In this document: positions 39,060 to 53,027 of the stretch, piece by piece | Position numbering within the stretch: position 1 is the first letter of the stretch | How the letters are laid out: each line of letters begins with the position of its first letter | NCBI GenBank assembly: GCA_951406725.2 | Contig: OX597816.1 | Location: 60,822,001-60,886,000 of the forward strand | Source: Octopus vulgaris | Taxonomy: Eukaryota | Reading direction: 5' to 3' | Length of the DNA stretch: 64,000 nucleotides | Position numbers and translations under genes: made by a program | Notes under the pieces: generated by a model | What the model was told of the DNA's origin: nothing | Database searches by the model: none | Seen by the model: only the letters and a program-made list of their open reading frames with translations

Positions 39060-39545
39060 TTCTTTCTTTAATTTCTTTATGCCTTTAACCCTCCAACATG
39101 GAGTATAGGTCACTTATAGTTGAATTCCATATCGCATAATTTTTGGCTTCTGTACTTATACTCTGCCATGAATGTCCCGCTTTCTCTAGTTCCTTCTGTG
39201 TTGATCTCCGCCACGAGTTCTTAGGCCTACCTTTCTTTCTATATCCATCCAGTTTCCACTTTTTGCTACATCTGCTGTTTCTTTTCTAATTGTGCTACTA
39301 ATCCACTTCCACGTTTTTTTAAATATTTGCTACCTAATCGAAACTTGATTTGTTCTTTGCCATAGCTCCATATTGCTTATGTGTTCGGGCCATCTAATTT
39401 TAAGTATACTACACAAGCATCTGTTGAGGAATGATTGTATTTGTTTATTTGACTTAACTGTTGTTCACCATGTCTCAGCCCCATACAATAACACTGCTTT
39501 TACGTTAGTGTTAAAAATTCGTATTTTGTCTTAGAAGCTTAGAAG
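39060..39545 (-). mobile_element. RTE LINE 3' fragment
   Basis: The minus strand gives RIFNTNVKAVLLYGAETW, CLCSILKIRWPEHISNMELWQRT and RKKGRPKNSWRR. Confidence 0.8.
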
Positions 39546-41344
39546 CTCCTTGTTCAAGGAAGTTGTACATTCCTTGCAGATGATGACAGGATATGTGTAA
39601 GTGTGTCATTTGTTATTGGTATTGTGGTGGTGCTTTACCTCCAAGTGAATTCGGATTGAATAGACTTACAATCGATGATGCACCATTCACAGTTAAGTAA
39701 AATACCCAGAACAACACTGTTCAGTATTTTAAAATGGTAGAGTGCGATGTGAGGAAGATTTGATCTTTATTTCTAGCAAGCTAAGCAACCATTTTGAGCA
39801 CGGTTCAAAACCACCATGTGATGGACCAGTATCAAGCCATGGATCATTTGGTGCTGAGCTGCACAGACAGAACAAATTTTAAAATTTTATTGACTATCCC
39901 AGTCTGTAGGGTGTTTTGCATTATATAAGTAATACCAGCATTCATCATCATTTCATTTAGTGTTTACTTTCCATGGTGGCATAGGTTAGACAATTTGACT
40001 AAAACTGGGAAGCTGGATGGCTACACCAAGCTCCAGTCTGATTTGGCATGGTTTCTACAACGGGAAGCCCTTCCTAATGCCAACCACTCCAAAAGTGTAG
40101 TGAGTGCTTTTTACATGCCACTGGCAAAAGTGCCAGTTATGTGACACTGGCGTTGGCCACAACTACAGTTTTGCTTAGCTTAATAAGACTTCTCAAGTAT
40201 GGCATATCACCAAATGTCTTGGTCACTTATTACCTCCACGAGGCCCAATGTTCGAAGGGTGCTTTTCATGTAACACCAACACAGATGCCTGCTTTGTGAC
40301 ATTGGTATCAGCCATGACTACAATTTCATTTGGCTTGGTGGGTCTTCTCGTGTAATAATTGATTTATATATTTGCATTTTATTGTGTTTTGTTATACATG
40401 TAATCCCTTGGTCCCTGGAAAAATCATCTTGCATAAAATTTGCCTGTGGTGCAAAAAAAGGTAGGAGATTGTTGATTTAGTGGCATCCCTTATCAGTTTC
40501 AGATGTGCATGCTATGTAAAATTGTATGCAATCAGAGGTGGATGAAAGAAAAATGTTAAAAGAAGTCAGTAAGCTAGCAGAATTGTTAGCATGCTGGGAA
40601 AAATGCTTGCTGCCATTTCATCCGTCTTTACATTCTGAGTTCAAATTCTGCCAAGGCCAACTTAACCTTTCATTCTGTTGTGAGTCAATAAAATAAGTAC
40701 AAGTTGAGCATCCCCACCCCCAAAATAACTGGCCTTATATGCCAAAATTTGGAAACCAATGTAATATAAGATGGTGAGCTGGCAGAATTGCTAGCATGCT
40801 GGATGGAATACTTAACAGCATTTCATCTGTCTTTACATTCTGAGTTCAAATTCTGCCAATGTCTGAAGGGTGCCTTTCATCCTTTTGGGGTCGATAAAAT
40901 AAGCATCAGTCGAACATGAGAAGACTCATCAAGCTAAGCAAAAACCATAGTTGTGGCCAACACCAGTGTCACATAACTGGCACTTGTGCCGGTGACATGT
41001 AAAAGACACCCTTACACTCTTGAAGTGGTTGGCATTAGGAAGGGCTTCCAGCTGTAGAAACCATGCCTAATCAGATTGGAATCTGGTGCAGCTCCCCAGC
41101 TTACAAGTATCAAACAAACTGTCTAACCCATGTCAGCATGGATCAACTTAGCCCCTCCCCCCAAACCTATTGGCCTTGTGCCAAGGTTTGAAATCAATAT
41201 AATATTTTAATAGAATACAGGAGGGATGAATTAATCTTGATCACACTTAAGAGACTCATCAATACATGCAGTGATGAATGATTCTGTTTGGAAGTATTCA
41301 ATCCTGTTGATTTTAGTGAAATGAGGAGCCTATAAGAGGGTTAA

Positions 41345-41599
41345 TAAATGCATAAATATAAATGCGCCCTTTTAAAGCCTAGCCAGGCTCATGGGCCCGG
41401 TTTCTATAGTGTATGTGTTCCCCAGCTGGACAGGACACCAGTCCATCGCAGCGTTACTCATTTTAGCCAGCTGAGTGGACTGGAGCAACGTGAAATGAAA
41501 TGTTTTGCTCAAGGACACATGTCACCCGGTCCAGGAATTGAAACCACAATCTTACGATCATGGTGCTGACACCCTAACCACTAAGCCATGCGCCTCCAC
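41345..41599 (-). mobile_element. tRNA-derived SINE with probable TSD
   Basis: Head GTGGAGGCGCATGGCTTAGTGGTTAGGG..GGTTTCAATTCC..GTCCTTGAGCAAAACA. AAGAGGGTTA is repeated at 41334 and 41600. Confidence 0.7.
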
Positions 41600-44500
41600 A
41601 AGAGGGTTAGTAGCAAAAGGATTTTCATGCTAGATATACAAAGGTCTTACTAATTCTTTTGTTAGTTTCAGTCATTAAATGTGAAACTAACATTTCTTAG
41701 TATATTGGCACAAATTTTGGCACAAGGCCAGTAATTTCGGGGGAGAGGTAAGTCGATTATATTGACTCTAGTAATCAATCTGTACTGATTTTATCAACTC
41801 TGAAAGGGTGATAAGGTAAAGTTGACCTTGGTGGAATTTGAACTCAGAACATAAAGACGGCAAAATGCTTAGTGACATTTTGCCTGGTGTGCTAACAATT
41901 CTGCCAGCTTGTCGCCCTTATATTGATCTTTCTTTCTCAAAATGCTATTATGGTTTTTGACATAAAGGAGCACAACTCAAACATTGGCCAAGCCAAGGCT
42001 ACAATAGAAGACACTTGGTCAATCTGTCATGTAGTGGGAACTATATGGTTGCAAGGTAGTCATAACCATGTACATAAGTACTTGGTTATGACTGTACCCA
42101 ATGCCAAGTTTCCCTAGAATTCTATGACACTTGGAGTGAAACAAAATAAAAAAATTCATTGGTGAGAAATGTATCAGCTAGATTGTATAGTAGGGTATAA
42201 ATGGAAAGGTGTGTGTGTGTGTGTGGGTAGGTGTTACTTCAGTTGGGAAGTGGGATTATGAAAACTTGGTAGAATACAGCAGCCAAAAAGAATCACAAGT
42301 AAAATTAGTTTAACTTCAAACTAATACTTTTAGCAATAGATATATTCAAAGATTTAGTCTAAGAAGTTTATATTAGTTTTATTAGTTTGCTTTATGATAT
42401 TATTGTTGTTGATAAGTGAGTTTGCTAATTCTCTCATTTGCAAACAAAGCATTAATACTTCCATAATCACGACCACAGTAAGCTGGGAATGAGCAGAAAG
42501 CAAGACAAAGAAAGACAAATAAAACCAAATTTCACACAATATCATGCAGTAAATAGTTTATTCCATAAAACTGGTTCTTAACAGAATGTGATAACTGCAA
42601 CTGTTTAGTAACTGTTCGTGTGTGTGTGATGAGGCATTACAGTTAAAAACATTGATGAAATCATTTTTAATTATGCTACGTCAACATCAATAAACAAGTG
42701 AAAAATGATATGATATATGTTACAAGTTACAGTTGAACCAAATATTCAAAAATAAAAATAAAAATGAAGGCCAGACAAACACTGAAGAAATAAATCACAA
42801 TCTCATACTTTGAATGAAATATAAAAATAATCTAAACTTTTAAATTTTATTTCTTTTTAAATATTTAACTGAAATTATATATTTATGTATGCTATTAATG
42901 ATGAACAAATGAGAAAAGAATACTCAATACATGTTGTAGAGGATATAATTTTTAAAATTAAAACTGAAGCTGAGAGTTTGTCCTGCAACTCAAGTTTCCT
43001 GCCAGTATAATTATCAGGCCTGATGATTGCACTTGCATGAAACTCGAATCATGAGACAAACTCTGTGCTTCAGGTTTAATAAAAAAAACTATATGTATGT
43101 ATCTATGTATTAGCTAGATAGATAGACAGATATTATTCTTTAACAAGAATAGTGTTGACAGTGACTTCCAAGTTTCAGCCTACTAAGTCTTCCTCAGTTT
43201 GCCCAATGAAAGCTTAACAGGCCAAAACTTCAAAGTTAACCCTATTTTTGTAAAGGAATAATAATATGTATTCTACAAAAGTATTGAGTAATCCTCTAGT
43301 TTATGTTAAATTGTTTTTTCTTTTTATTATAACTCAGCATAAAAACAAACAATAGATAATCATCATCATCATCATCATTTAATGTCCATTTTCTCTGCTG
43401 GAATATATATTTTATATGAAGTTCTCTTTTCATTTAATCACTAGTTTTATCTTTTCCTTTGGCTATTTTTAGTTTAAATACTTTAGTATATATGTGTGTG
43501 TAAGGATATAGCAAAGGTGAAGCTAACAACATCATGAGCCTGTTTACAGGAAACATTCTTAAGTTATTTTCAGTGTAAACAAACTGATAGCAAGCCTAAT
43601 TTTACATCCTGACAATCTCTGAACCATTTTTGCCATGTCTTGGGGACAAATCAAGAGAAAATAACTGTCAGATACTTAACATGCTTTTATTTATTTTATT
43701 TATTTATTTTAATTTTCATTCTTCTTTACAAAAGCTTATAAGTTAGACAACAACAAAAATAATTTTTTAAAAATTACAAGCAACTCAGTAACTGACTTTT
43801 ATAGAATATAATTAAATAGACTAAATTATTTATATCAGCTCAGCAAATAATATTTGTAGAATATTAATTAAACTTTAAATAATGGTTTAAACATAGTATA
43901 ATACTTTTACAATGTTATTTCTTCACATAATGAACATTGACTAAAAGTTATATAGCAGTATATAATTAATTTCTTGTAAATTAAAGATAAGAGCAAACAC
44001 CATTATGATTAATTAGTTTTTCAACTCAAATATTTAAGGACAAAGAATTTCTCTTTTGATCTTTTTTATAATTTTTTTCTTTTCTTTTTTTTTTTGTAAC
44101 AAATGGCTGTCTGTAGCATTATCTGTTCTGATGAAGTTAGTGGCAAGCCAGCAGTGAAGTCTTCTACTTGGAACTGAACAGAAGATCTCTAGCAGTGCAT
44201 TCTACATTAGACAACAAAGTCTAAAAAGGGTTTTAACTATTTTTTTTTCTACTTACTCAGGATCTATTCCAATAGATGAATCAAGAGTAACAGGAATTTA
44301 TTAAGACTGCATTTGGGAAATTACATTACAAGAATTAAGTAACTTCTCAAAGCTAAAGGAATTAAAATAAGCAGAGTTTTGATTTAAGAAAAAAAGAACT
44401 CAACATTAACTGGACTAAAATCTAAGGAATATTTTTCAATTATGTTCTGGTTTGTCCAAAGAAAGGTCATGATTTTCTGATTTCATTAAATATGAAATTG

Positions 44501-46049
44501 CATTCTTTTTATTTATTTATTTATAATAAACAATTGTTTTCTTAACTTGAAAACTGTTGAAATTATTACAATTTTCATTAAATACTAATAATGAATTGGC
44601 CATCATCTAGAATGGAACAGAGATTTCAGAGAGAACAATCTGTGTGCCATTCCCCGATGAAGTATTTATGTCAATCAAAACAAACAGTGGGGAGAAAACG
44701 ACCCATTGTTTGTTTCAAAAAGTAAAAAAATAACTTAAAACAACCCAATGAGAATTTGAGGGTTTATGAACGAAGGATCACAGGTTTCCAGGGATTCAAC
44801 CAGTGCTCCAAAGAGTATTAACCAAATCATATTAGTACCACACTAACAAATAGAAAGACCATTTTCTCTAGATCCCAAACATACTTTAGAACAACTGAAT
44901 TGCTAAGTGACATGTGACTATTACTCAGATTTTCAAAATGCACAGATAGCCAAATGATTTTTATCAGGTTTTACATGCTAAGAGATACAGTTACATCACA
45001 TTACAATACACACACACATGCATTTGTATGTATGTATGTATACACAATGGTATTCATATTCTACCTTAAATACAGGGGTGAGCTGGTCAAAATATAAATT
45101 TAAATAGAAACTAAATAGCTACAATTAACACAATAATAATAAAAAAAAACAATGTTAATAGTCTAAGACACAGTTAAAGGTCTCACAAAAATATGTGCAA
45201 GTTTTAAGTGGCAAGAATTGTAAAGAAAATGTTAAAGCTTACAGGAATTGTGTTGCCAAAGATAAACAGGGTGTAAAAGCAAAAAATTAAAATATCACAG
45301 AAGCAAATCCATTAATATTAAAACAGGTTACAATTACTATATACACATTAAATAAACCAAAAAATAATAAAATTCTACAATAGCATATTTGAAAATCTTT
45401 AACAACATATCATTTTATGTATAAATTTCACTCTGTTTAGATATTTCTTCATGTTTATAAACCAAGAGAAAGATAAAATAAGACGCTGCAGTCAAGAAAT
45501 GAAGTGTTATTTTTAAAGCAATATCTAAGTGGTTTGTTTTGGCTGAATTACACCCATTAAACAAGTAGATTCACTTGAACTATTTCCTGTAATTTTATTA
45601 TTTCAGTAAAGATATTATATTGTTTGTGAAAGATAGTAAAACAGCGCAGGTTTTTCAGTAAAGTTAAGTCTGTTTCTTCAATCTTCTCCCCTTTTGTTTT
45701 CTGGATTAAGGAAGATCAAATGAAGAGTCAAAGCTATTAGACAACTTCAAATTGGAAACAACTTGAAATGCCATAACAGAAGTTGTAGATAAATGAGACA
45801 TTATCTAATCCTTTTTATCCACTATATACTAGACTTTGTATATCTTTAAGTCATGTATAATAATAATCCTTTCTACTAAAGGCACAAGGCCAGAAATTTT
45901 GGGGGAAGGGACTAATTGATTATATCAACTCCAGTGTTCAACTGGTACTTATCTTATTGACTCCCAACAGGATGAAAGGCAAAGTTGATCTGGGTGGAAT
46001 TTGAACTTAGAACGTAAAGACAGATGAAATGCCACTAAGCATTTTGCCC

Positions 46050-46081
<32 letters not shown>

Positions 46082-49009
46082 ATAGGATATTCAACAATAA
46101 TACTTATTAGTTAACTTAAAAAAGGGACTACTGAACATCTGGTAGTGGACTATATAAGAGGTTACTCATCACTAAAATAGACATTACATATTCAGATATG
46201 AACATATCAGTGTAAGACTCACATATGATATAGATGACAAGGGGGTGATGTCTTACTAATTCCTTTCCCACAAACTGTTCTTTATTGTAGGAGCTTGTGA
46301 CATTTAACTTTCAGTTGGTAAATAAATAAATAAATTAATACAGATGTGAATTTCAGTTGTGTCAAAGAAAAATGAAGACGTGTTGTTAAAGAATTTACCA
46401 AATACATACACAGTTCATGATTATAATTTCATAGAATTAGAAAGTGAAATGTTGATGAATGAATGAAATTCAAAAATAATTCAAAGTTAGATTAACTTGA
46501 CACCTTCTCTTTGAAGAACTAAAATATTTAGAATTTATTAATTTATCTTATTCATATATATTTATTTTTGCCATGAGTAAGTTCAGAAATTACAAAAAAA
46601 AAAAAAAAAAAGGATATTTCAAAATTATTATTAGTAAAAGAATAAGTTGTCAATTATTGATGCTAGGTGAAGAGTTATATGGTTAGTTGACCAATAAAGC
46701 TGCAGTTATCACAGAACATAAACATGGCCGAAATTATTAGGACAAAAATATATGGGGGGGAAAAATGTTTTAATTAATTCATGAACCAAATAGGAAATTA
46801 TCAATGAAAAAGACTAAGACTGAAATTAATACTGATTAACAATTATAACTTTGATGAGTGTAGTGCACTTGAGCACTGTATACAATAAGTTCATTATATT
46901 GTTGTTTTTTTAAATAAAATAAACATTTTATATTAATATCATTACTTGAGGTTATTCCATTTTACTATATAGCCCTTAAATATTTTTTTTCTATTTTGTG
47001 AAGCCAAATTAACTTACTTTTAAATAAGTTTGTTTTAAATAGATAAAATAACATTTTAAGTCTATAAAAAAGCTGTGCTGTTCTCAGCATTTTCTATTTC
47101 TGGCAATCCTCATCAACTTATAAATGATGGATACCTAACCTTAAAAGGAATTATCTGCTGAAGTAGTGTCTGCATGTGTTTATGAGTGAGATGTAATCTC
47201 TGTGTGTATGTGTGACTGTATGAGTATATATATATATATATGAAATTATAATTTAGGATACCCTAAATTATAATTTTAATACTAATTATTACCTTTGAAG
47301 GTTTTTATTCCCATGCTGGCCACTTGATAAGATCGATATTTAATTTAAATTAACGATTTTATCCTTATATATATATATATATAGGGTAAATGTTTTTATT
47401 TTTCATTCCCTTTCAGAATTACAACTATTTGTGGTTTGTAGTTTAACTACTCTTTCTAGCGAGTGAGATGTCCTGTTATGGCCATCTCTTATGTGTTTAA
47501 ATGTACACTGTATTTTATAAGAATAATATATAGTCAATTGACTAATTTTTTCCTTCTCGCTAGACCACTAGTAGTAAAGAATTTTTCTAAATTTTTTTGC
47601 TACCCTAAGATTTATTAATTATATCCATCTATAAAAATACATATAAATACATATACACGCGCATACACATGTGAGTAAGGTGTAGTGTGTTTTAATGCAA
47701 CAGATTTTGATTTTGTTTTTTCTTCACAAAATTATCGGCTCACCTATAACAATACTAACATCTAAAATGATGCGACAGTGATACAGACACAGATGTCGAG
47801 GGTGGGGGAACAAATTAGAATAATATCTAATTAAGTTATTCTCTGTTCTGTAACGCAACTAACAATAGGAGGCTATTAAGACAATTAACTAAGATCAACA
47901 ACAGAACTAACAACAATAACAGCAGCTACTGCAACAACAAAATATTTTAAGCACCAAGTACTTGAAGTATGGATTTATTAGCTTTAGTGAACACATGATT
48001 TCATATGAAGCTAGGAGCTGGGAGAGAATTAGTATTTTCAAATGCTAGCAGTGGGCGGAAAATAATTTTTGTGTGGGGTTTTTTCATTTAACCCTTGCCT
48101 GCTTTCTCTGATTCAAGTTTTGCTACAGCTAACACTAAGTAATTTTATTTGATAAGTATATGAATGGAATAGAATTATCAAATAGTTTAGTTCCAATGTA
48201 GAAAGGTATTTTAACTGACATGACTAGACTGGTAGACAGATCTAATATCTGGCATTTCTTTAAAGTTCAGCTTTGCCTGTCTGTGCTAGGAAGGTGGAAA
48301 CAGCTGGAAAGTTTATAATGAAGAAGCTTATTTACATTTTTTTTTATTCTGAATGTGACTATACTAGGAATTGGAGAGAGAATTCTTGAAAATATTCAGT
48401 AAGACTATTTACATCACAGTTATTCCATTTTTCAACTTGATTAAAAAAAAAAATTAAATAAATATCACTAAGTAAAAACAAGACAACAAAAAATGTTTTA
48501 GAAAGTTATCTAATTAAGGAGAAGCCTGTTATATGCCACAAATAGTGATGTGTTGTTAGTAAGTTGTGTTGTAGAGAAGGTAATGGTATGGATTTAATAC
48601 CGATATAGTGAAAGTAGAGTAATTGAACACTATAAATGCTAGATTATGGAACAATAATAATAATCCTTTCTACTGAAAGCACAAGGCCTGAAATTTTGGT
48701 GGGAGGGAACTAGTCATTGGAGGAGGAGATTAATAAGGAGAGAGACTGGAGTAAAATGATGAACTAGGTTTACTTATTGACGGTAGTCCTATAAATAAAT
48801 GTGAACACAGAAATTTTCAGAAATGTGATGGATAGTGTGTGTGTAGGATGTGTGCCTACTTGTCCATATACTCAGAGATATATGCATGCAGTCACACAGA
48901 AATGCATGCATTCATGCTGAGAGACATACAATAAATGCATGCATGAAATATACACACAGATGCATGGATGAAGAGACTGACAAATACATGAAGAGGGGAG
49001 AGAGGGAGG

Positions 49010-49053
<44 letters not shown>

Positions 49054-49296
49054 TACATTTAGAATTCTGAAATGTAGTTGATGGTTATTTTGTTCGTTTT
49101 GTCTAAAATAAAAATGTCATATGCTGTTAGATTTATTGCTTTTTTTTTTTGTTTCTGAATCCAAATATGGCAGGTAAATTGCAGAGCTTTATTTAGACTT
49201 TAATAAAGGCCATTTTCACTACATACCCCAGACATTTGAGGTGAGTTGTGTATAAAGTCATTGTTAAAGCTCTGGCATTTTATTCTTCTAGCCTTC

Positions 49297-49327
<31 letters not shown>

Positions 49328-49628
49328 AAGAAAGTGCAAAACAGAGATGGAGGAGAGCACTAGAAAGCAGATTTGAAATCTTAGTGAATATTTCTTAGCT
49401 AGGGCGTATTACCTTCTTAAATATTCTTGATCAAAGTATAACAGGAGGTGCTCCATCCCAGAAGTCTGGATGAAAAGCATTCCAATATCAGATCTATTAA
49501 ACTGTTCTGTAATTGAAAATTCTATTGAAGGAGCAAAAGCTAACTTTAATATTTTACAGTGAAAGATGTGTGTATGTGTGTGTGCATATATATATATATA
49601 GACACACACACATGCATGTATCTATGTA

Positions 49629-49676
<48 letters not shown>

Positions 49677-50139
49677 TACGTGTGTCTGTGTTTATAAATA
49701 TATAAGGTCACCTTAACATGAACGATGTTAGTTATCCTCTGCAAAAATAATTCTATAAAAGTTCTTAAACATTGTTGTTCAATATAAACTTTATTTTGGA
49801 AATAAGAAAATACGTAGCATGACCCTCTAATTTATAGCAACAAAATAAAATTCAAAAGAAGCTAGTAGATGAATAAAAGCAGCTCTAGGATGATAATTTG
49901 TAAATAGCCAGGGTCTATAAAGAGGCCAACGTTTATATTTAAAAAATTTTTTTTTAATATTTTTTAAAAAAATCATGCTGCTACTTGAATTAACGATGAC
50001 ATTTTATGATATAAATTTTTTTTCTTCATTTTATTTATTTATTTATTTGAATTTTTTTTTTGTCAATCAAAGTTTAATAAAGATACGGTGTTACTTTCAA
50101 CTTCGATGGGGTGTTAGTATGACATGAAACCCAGAGGTG

Positions 50140-50288
50140 CTAAACTGTAGTGTGTTTTTTGAAACCCAGAGAAGCTGAGTTAACACAGTATCGGAGTCCT
50201 GTCTGTTTTCTAGATTTAGGTCCATCATCAAATACATGACCAAGATGAGCACCACAGTCAGAACACATCACCTCCAGACGTTGCATAC
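50140..50288 (-). CDS. MSRB: Methionine-R-sulfoxide reductase B (MsrB2/B3-type), last coding exon
   Basis: Polypyrimidine tract plus TTTGCAG acceptor. Encodes (G)[42 protein letters not shown]..-TAG, with CxxC, HLGHVF and the catalytic RYCxNS. Confidence 0.95.
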
Positions 50289-51719
50289 CTGCAAAGAAAG
50301 AAAGAAAAGTACATAAGAAAATAAAAACAAAATATAATAAAATGTACAATGAGTAATACCAAAAAAAAAAAAAATTAAATCAAATCATTATACTGTAATG
50401 TTCTAACTTTACTGCAAAGAAAGTATTAAAGATAAAGCATTATTAAGACATACTGAAACATTAAAAAAATAAAACCCATTAAAAATATAAAGAATGATTA
50501 AAGATGAAACACCTATGAAGATATAAAGAATTTATTACTTTATTTTATTCTGTTATTTTAATGAAACTTGTGACTACAACATTGATAAAAGAACTTAAAA
50601 CTGTATGTAGAGTTCTGATAAGAATGAATTTAAACTGTATATATAGAAAAATTAAGTGTATGCACCAGTACAATTTGTCACCATTCAATTAATTTCAGAT
50701 CAATTTGCTACCTGTCAATTCGTTACCAGCATCGAAGTGGGAATGTCATCAGGTAAGTTCAGTCTGTTATTCTGGTTCTAGTTTGTAATGTCTGTTTTAG
50801 TTTCAATTCAAATTACACACATGAAAAAGGCAACTGTTTCCAATCTCACGGAATCAACTAAGTTTGAATTGTTATTGTATGTGGTTTTAAGAGTGTTTTT
50901 ATCTGTCATCTGTCTCTTACTTATTTCAGTCACTGGACTGCAGCCATGCTGGGGCACCACTCTGAAGGGTTTATTTTTTTTTTTTAAAAGCCTGGTACTT
51001 ATTCTATTGGTCTCTTTTGCTGAACTGCTAAGTTATGAGGACAGAAACCAACACTGGTTTTGGGCAGTAGTCACACACACGCACAAACACAACAGGTTTC
51101 TTTCAGTTTCCATCTACCAAATCCATTCACAAGGATTTAGTCAACCTGGGACTCTCATAGAAGACACTTACCCAAAGTGCCATGCAGTGGGACTGAACCC
51201 AAGATCACATGATTAGAAGCAAACTTCTTTAACTACACAAATTGACCAGAAACCATATAGATCTAATAACTTTGTCACCTCCTCCTCCTTGACCCATTCT
51301 TATTTCCTTTCTCTCACTTCTCTCCAAACTGACACCCACTGCATCCAACTCAATCTCAAATCATTTGTCACTATTTTCACTCCACCCATTTATCTTTACT
51401 CTTCTTCTATCCTATTTCTCTCTCTCATATCCTCCTCGTCCCTTCATCTCACATGTCTCTCTTTCCAGATAGGGAAGCCATGTATTCAACACTTTGAACA
51501 AGGCACTTGCTCTGGTTCCTCTATCATACTTTTGTATCCCTCAATACTATCTTTCATTCAGTTGACCTCACAGTGTTGATGCTTCAAAAGAAACACTCGG
51601 CACACTCTGTGAAGGGAATGCTATTAGGAAGGGCATCAAGCTGTAGAGACCCTGACAAAGTAGACAATGGATTTCAGCATAACCCTCTGGCTCATCACTG
51701 ACTGACTGAATTCCAATAT

Positions 51720-52190
51720 TTTAAATCTGGGTTTGTTCCCATTAACGGGGGTGGCCGCATCTACCTCACTCTTACAGCAACTGTTCTCACACCATCTCGC
51801 CCTGTTTTGGGCGTCCTCCCTCATCAAACTAACCCTCCCAATCTCCTTCTCCACATTTTCTTTGGTCAACCTCCCTTTTGTGGTTAATTCACTTTAAACT
51901 CAAGCACTTGCCTCAGAAATAATATCCTTATCCCTTCTCAACACATGTCCATACCACCGCACTCCATTCACCCTTGCCAGCTGTTCCACCAATTCCTCTA
52001 GCCCTAGCATCCCCATCAAGTCCTCAGTTCTCCTTTTCTCCAATAGTTTCACACCACACATTGCTCTCACCATTGCTCCTTTGATCCTTCTCAAAATTGC
52101 GATTTCGCTTTCCCTCAGACACCATGTCTCACTCCCATACAGCTTTGCAAATCTCATGCAACTCTGATAAACCCTTCCTTTCATCTTCAT
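51720..52190 (-). mobile_element. RTE LINE 3' fragment
   Basis: KGRVYQSC..LYGSETWCL..MVRAMCGVKL..RWYGHVLRR. Confidence 0.85.
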
Positions 52191-52960
52191 GCTAAACTGT
52201 CTAACTCATTCCAGCAAGGAAAAAGGGACATTAAATGCTGCTGATGATGAGATCCAATAAAAGAGAGAGAGGTTAAAAATGTAGCTCCAGCTCTAATAAC
52301 AATACCTAAAGTTCTATATATAGATCTGATAACAGATAGAAATTTGCAACAGTTCAGTATTTCTTCGGTATTGTTCTCAAATGGATAGGTTATTATTGAC
52401 TTGAACTTATTTTGTTAATCTATTTTAGTTAATTAGTATTCTACAGAAGAAGGACCATTACTCATTAGTAATAAGTTTTCAGACAGTTAACTTCATCTTC
52501 AAAAATGAAATTTTTTAATGCTTACATTAAACGCTACTTATCAATCAGTTTGGTCTCCAATTTATCAGGTGTCTTATTCCTGGAGATGTTGTACAAAGTA
52601 CCAAACTGGATTTGAACTAAAAAATTTTATTTTAAAACTAAGGTCAGTAATACTCTAATTCATTATGCCAATGCCACTTAGTTTAGAAATAAAAGCTCTT
52701 GATTCAATAGAAATATAGCATAAATATAAATATTGGTTTCAAATTTTGGCACAAGTTCAGTAAATTCAGAGGAAGGGTCAAGTCGATTACATCAACCCCA
52801 GGATTCAACTGGTACTTATTTTATCAACCCCAAAAGGCTGACAGGTAAAGTTGACCTCAATATAATTTGAATTCAAAATGTAAAACCAGATGAAATACTG
52901 CTAAACATTTATCTGGCAAGTTAACAATCCAGCCAGTTTGCACCTTAAAGTGTACAACTG

Positions 52961-53027
52961 CCTACCCATTGGGGAACTGAACCCTGATGTCCTACATGAC
53001 AGGCGGGGATACTTACTACCAAGAGCT
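52961..53027 (-). pseudogene. tRNA-Asp(GTC) pseudogene
   Basis: The minus strand AGTATCCCCGCCTGTCATGTAGGACATCAGGGTTCAGTTCCCCAATGGG resembles eukaryotic tRNA-Asp (AGTATCCCCGCCTGTCACGCGGGAGACCGGGGTTCGATTCCCCGACGGG), with CpG decay and a broken 5' half. Confidence 0.75.

Noticed and set aside
44591-44725. Short plus-strand ORF MNWPSSRMEQ..
   Set aside because: 44 codons, no motif and no splice support.
49900-50140. SECIS element or selenocysteine recoding for MsrB
   Set aside because: The catalytic codon is TGT (Cys), and no AUGA/AA/GA SECIS stem is evident just downstream.
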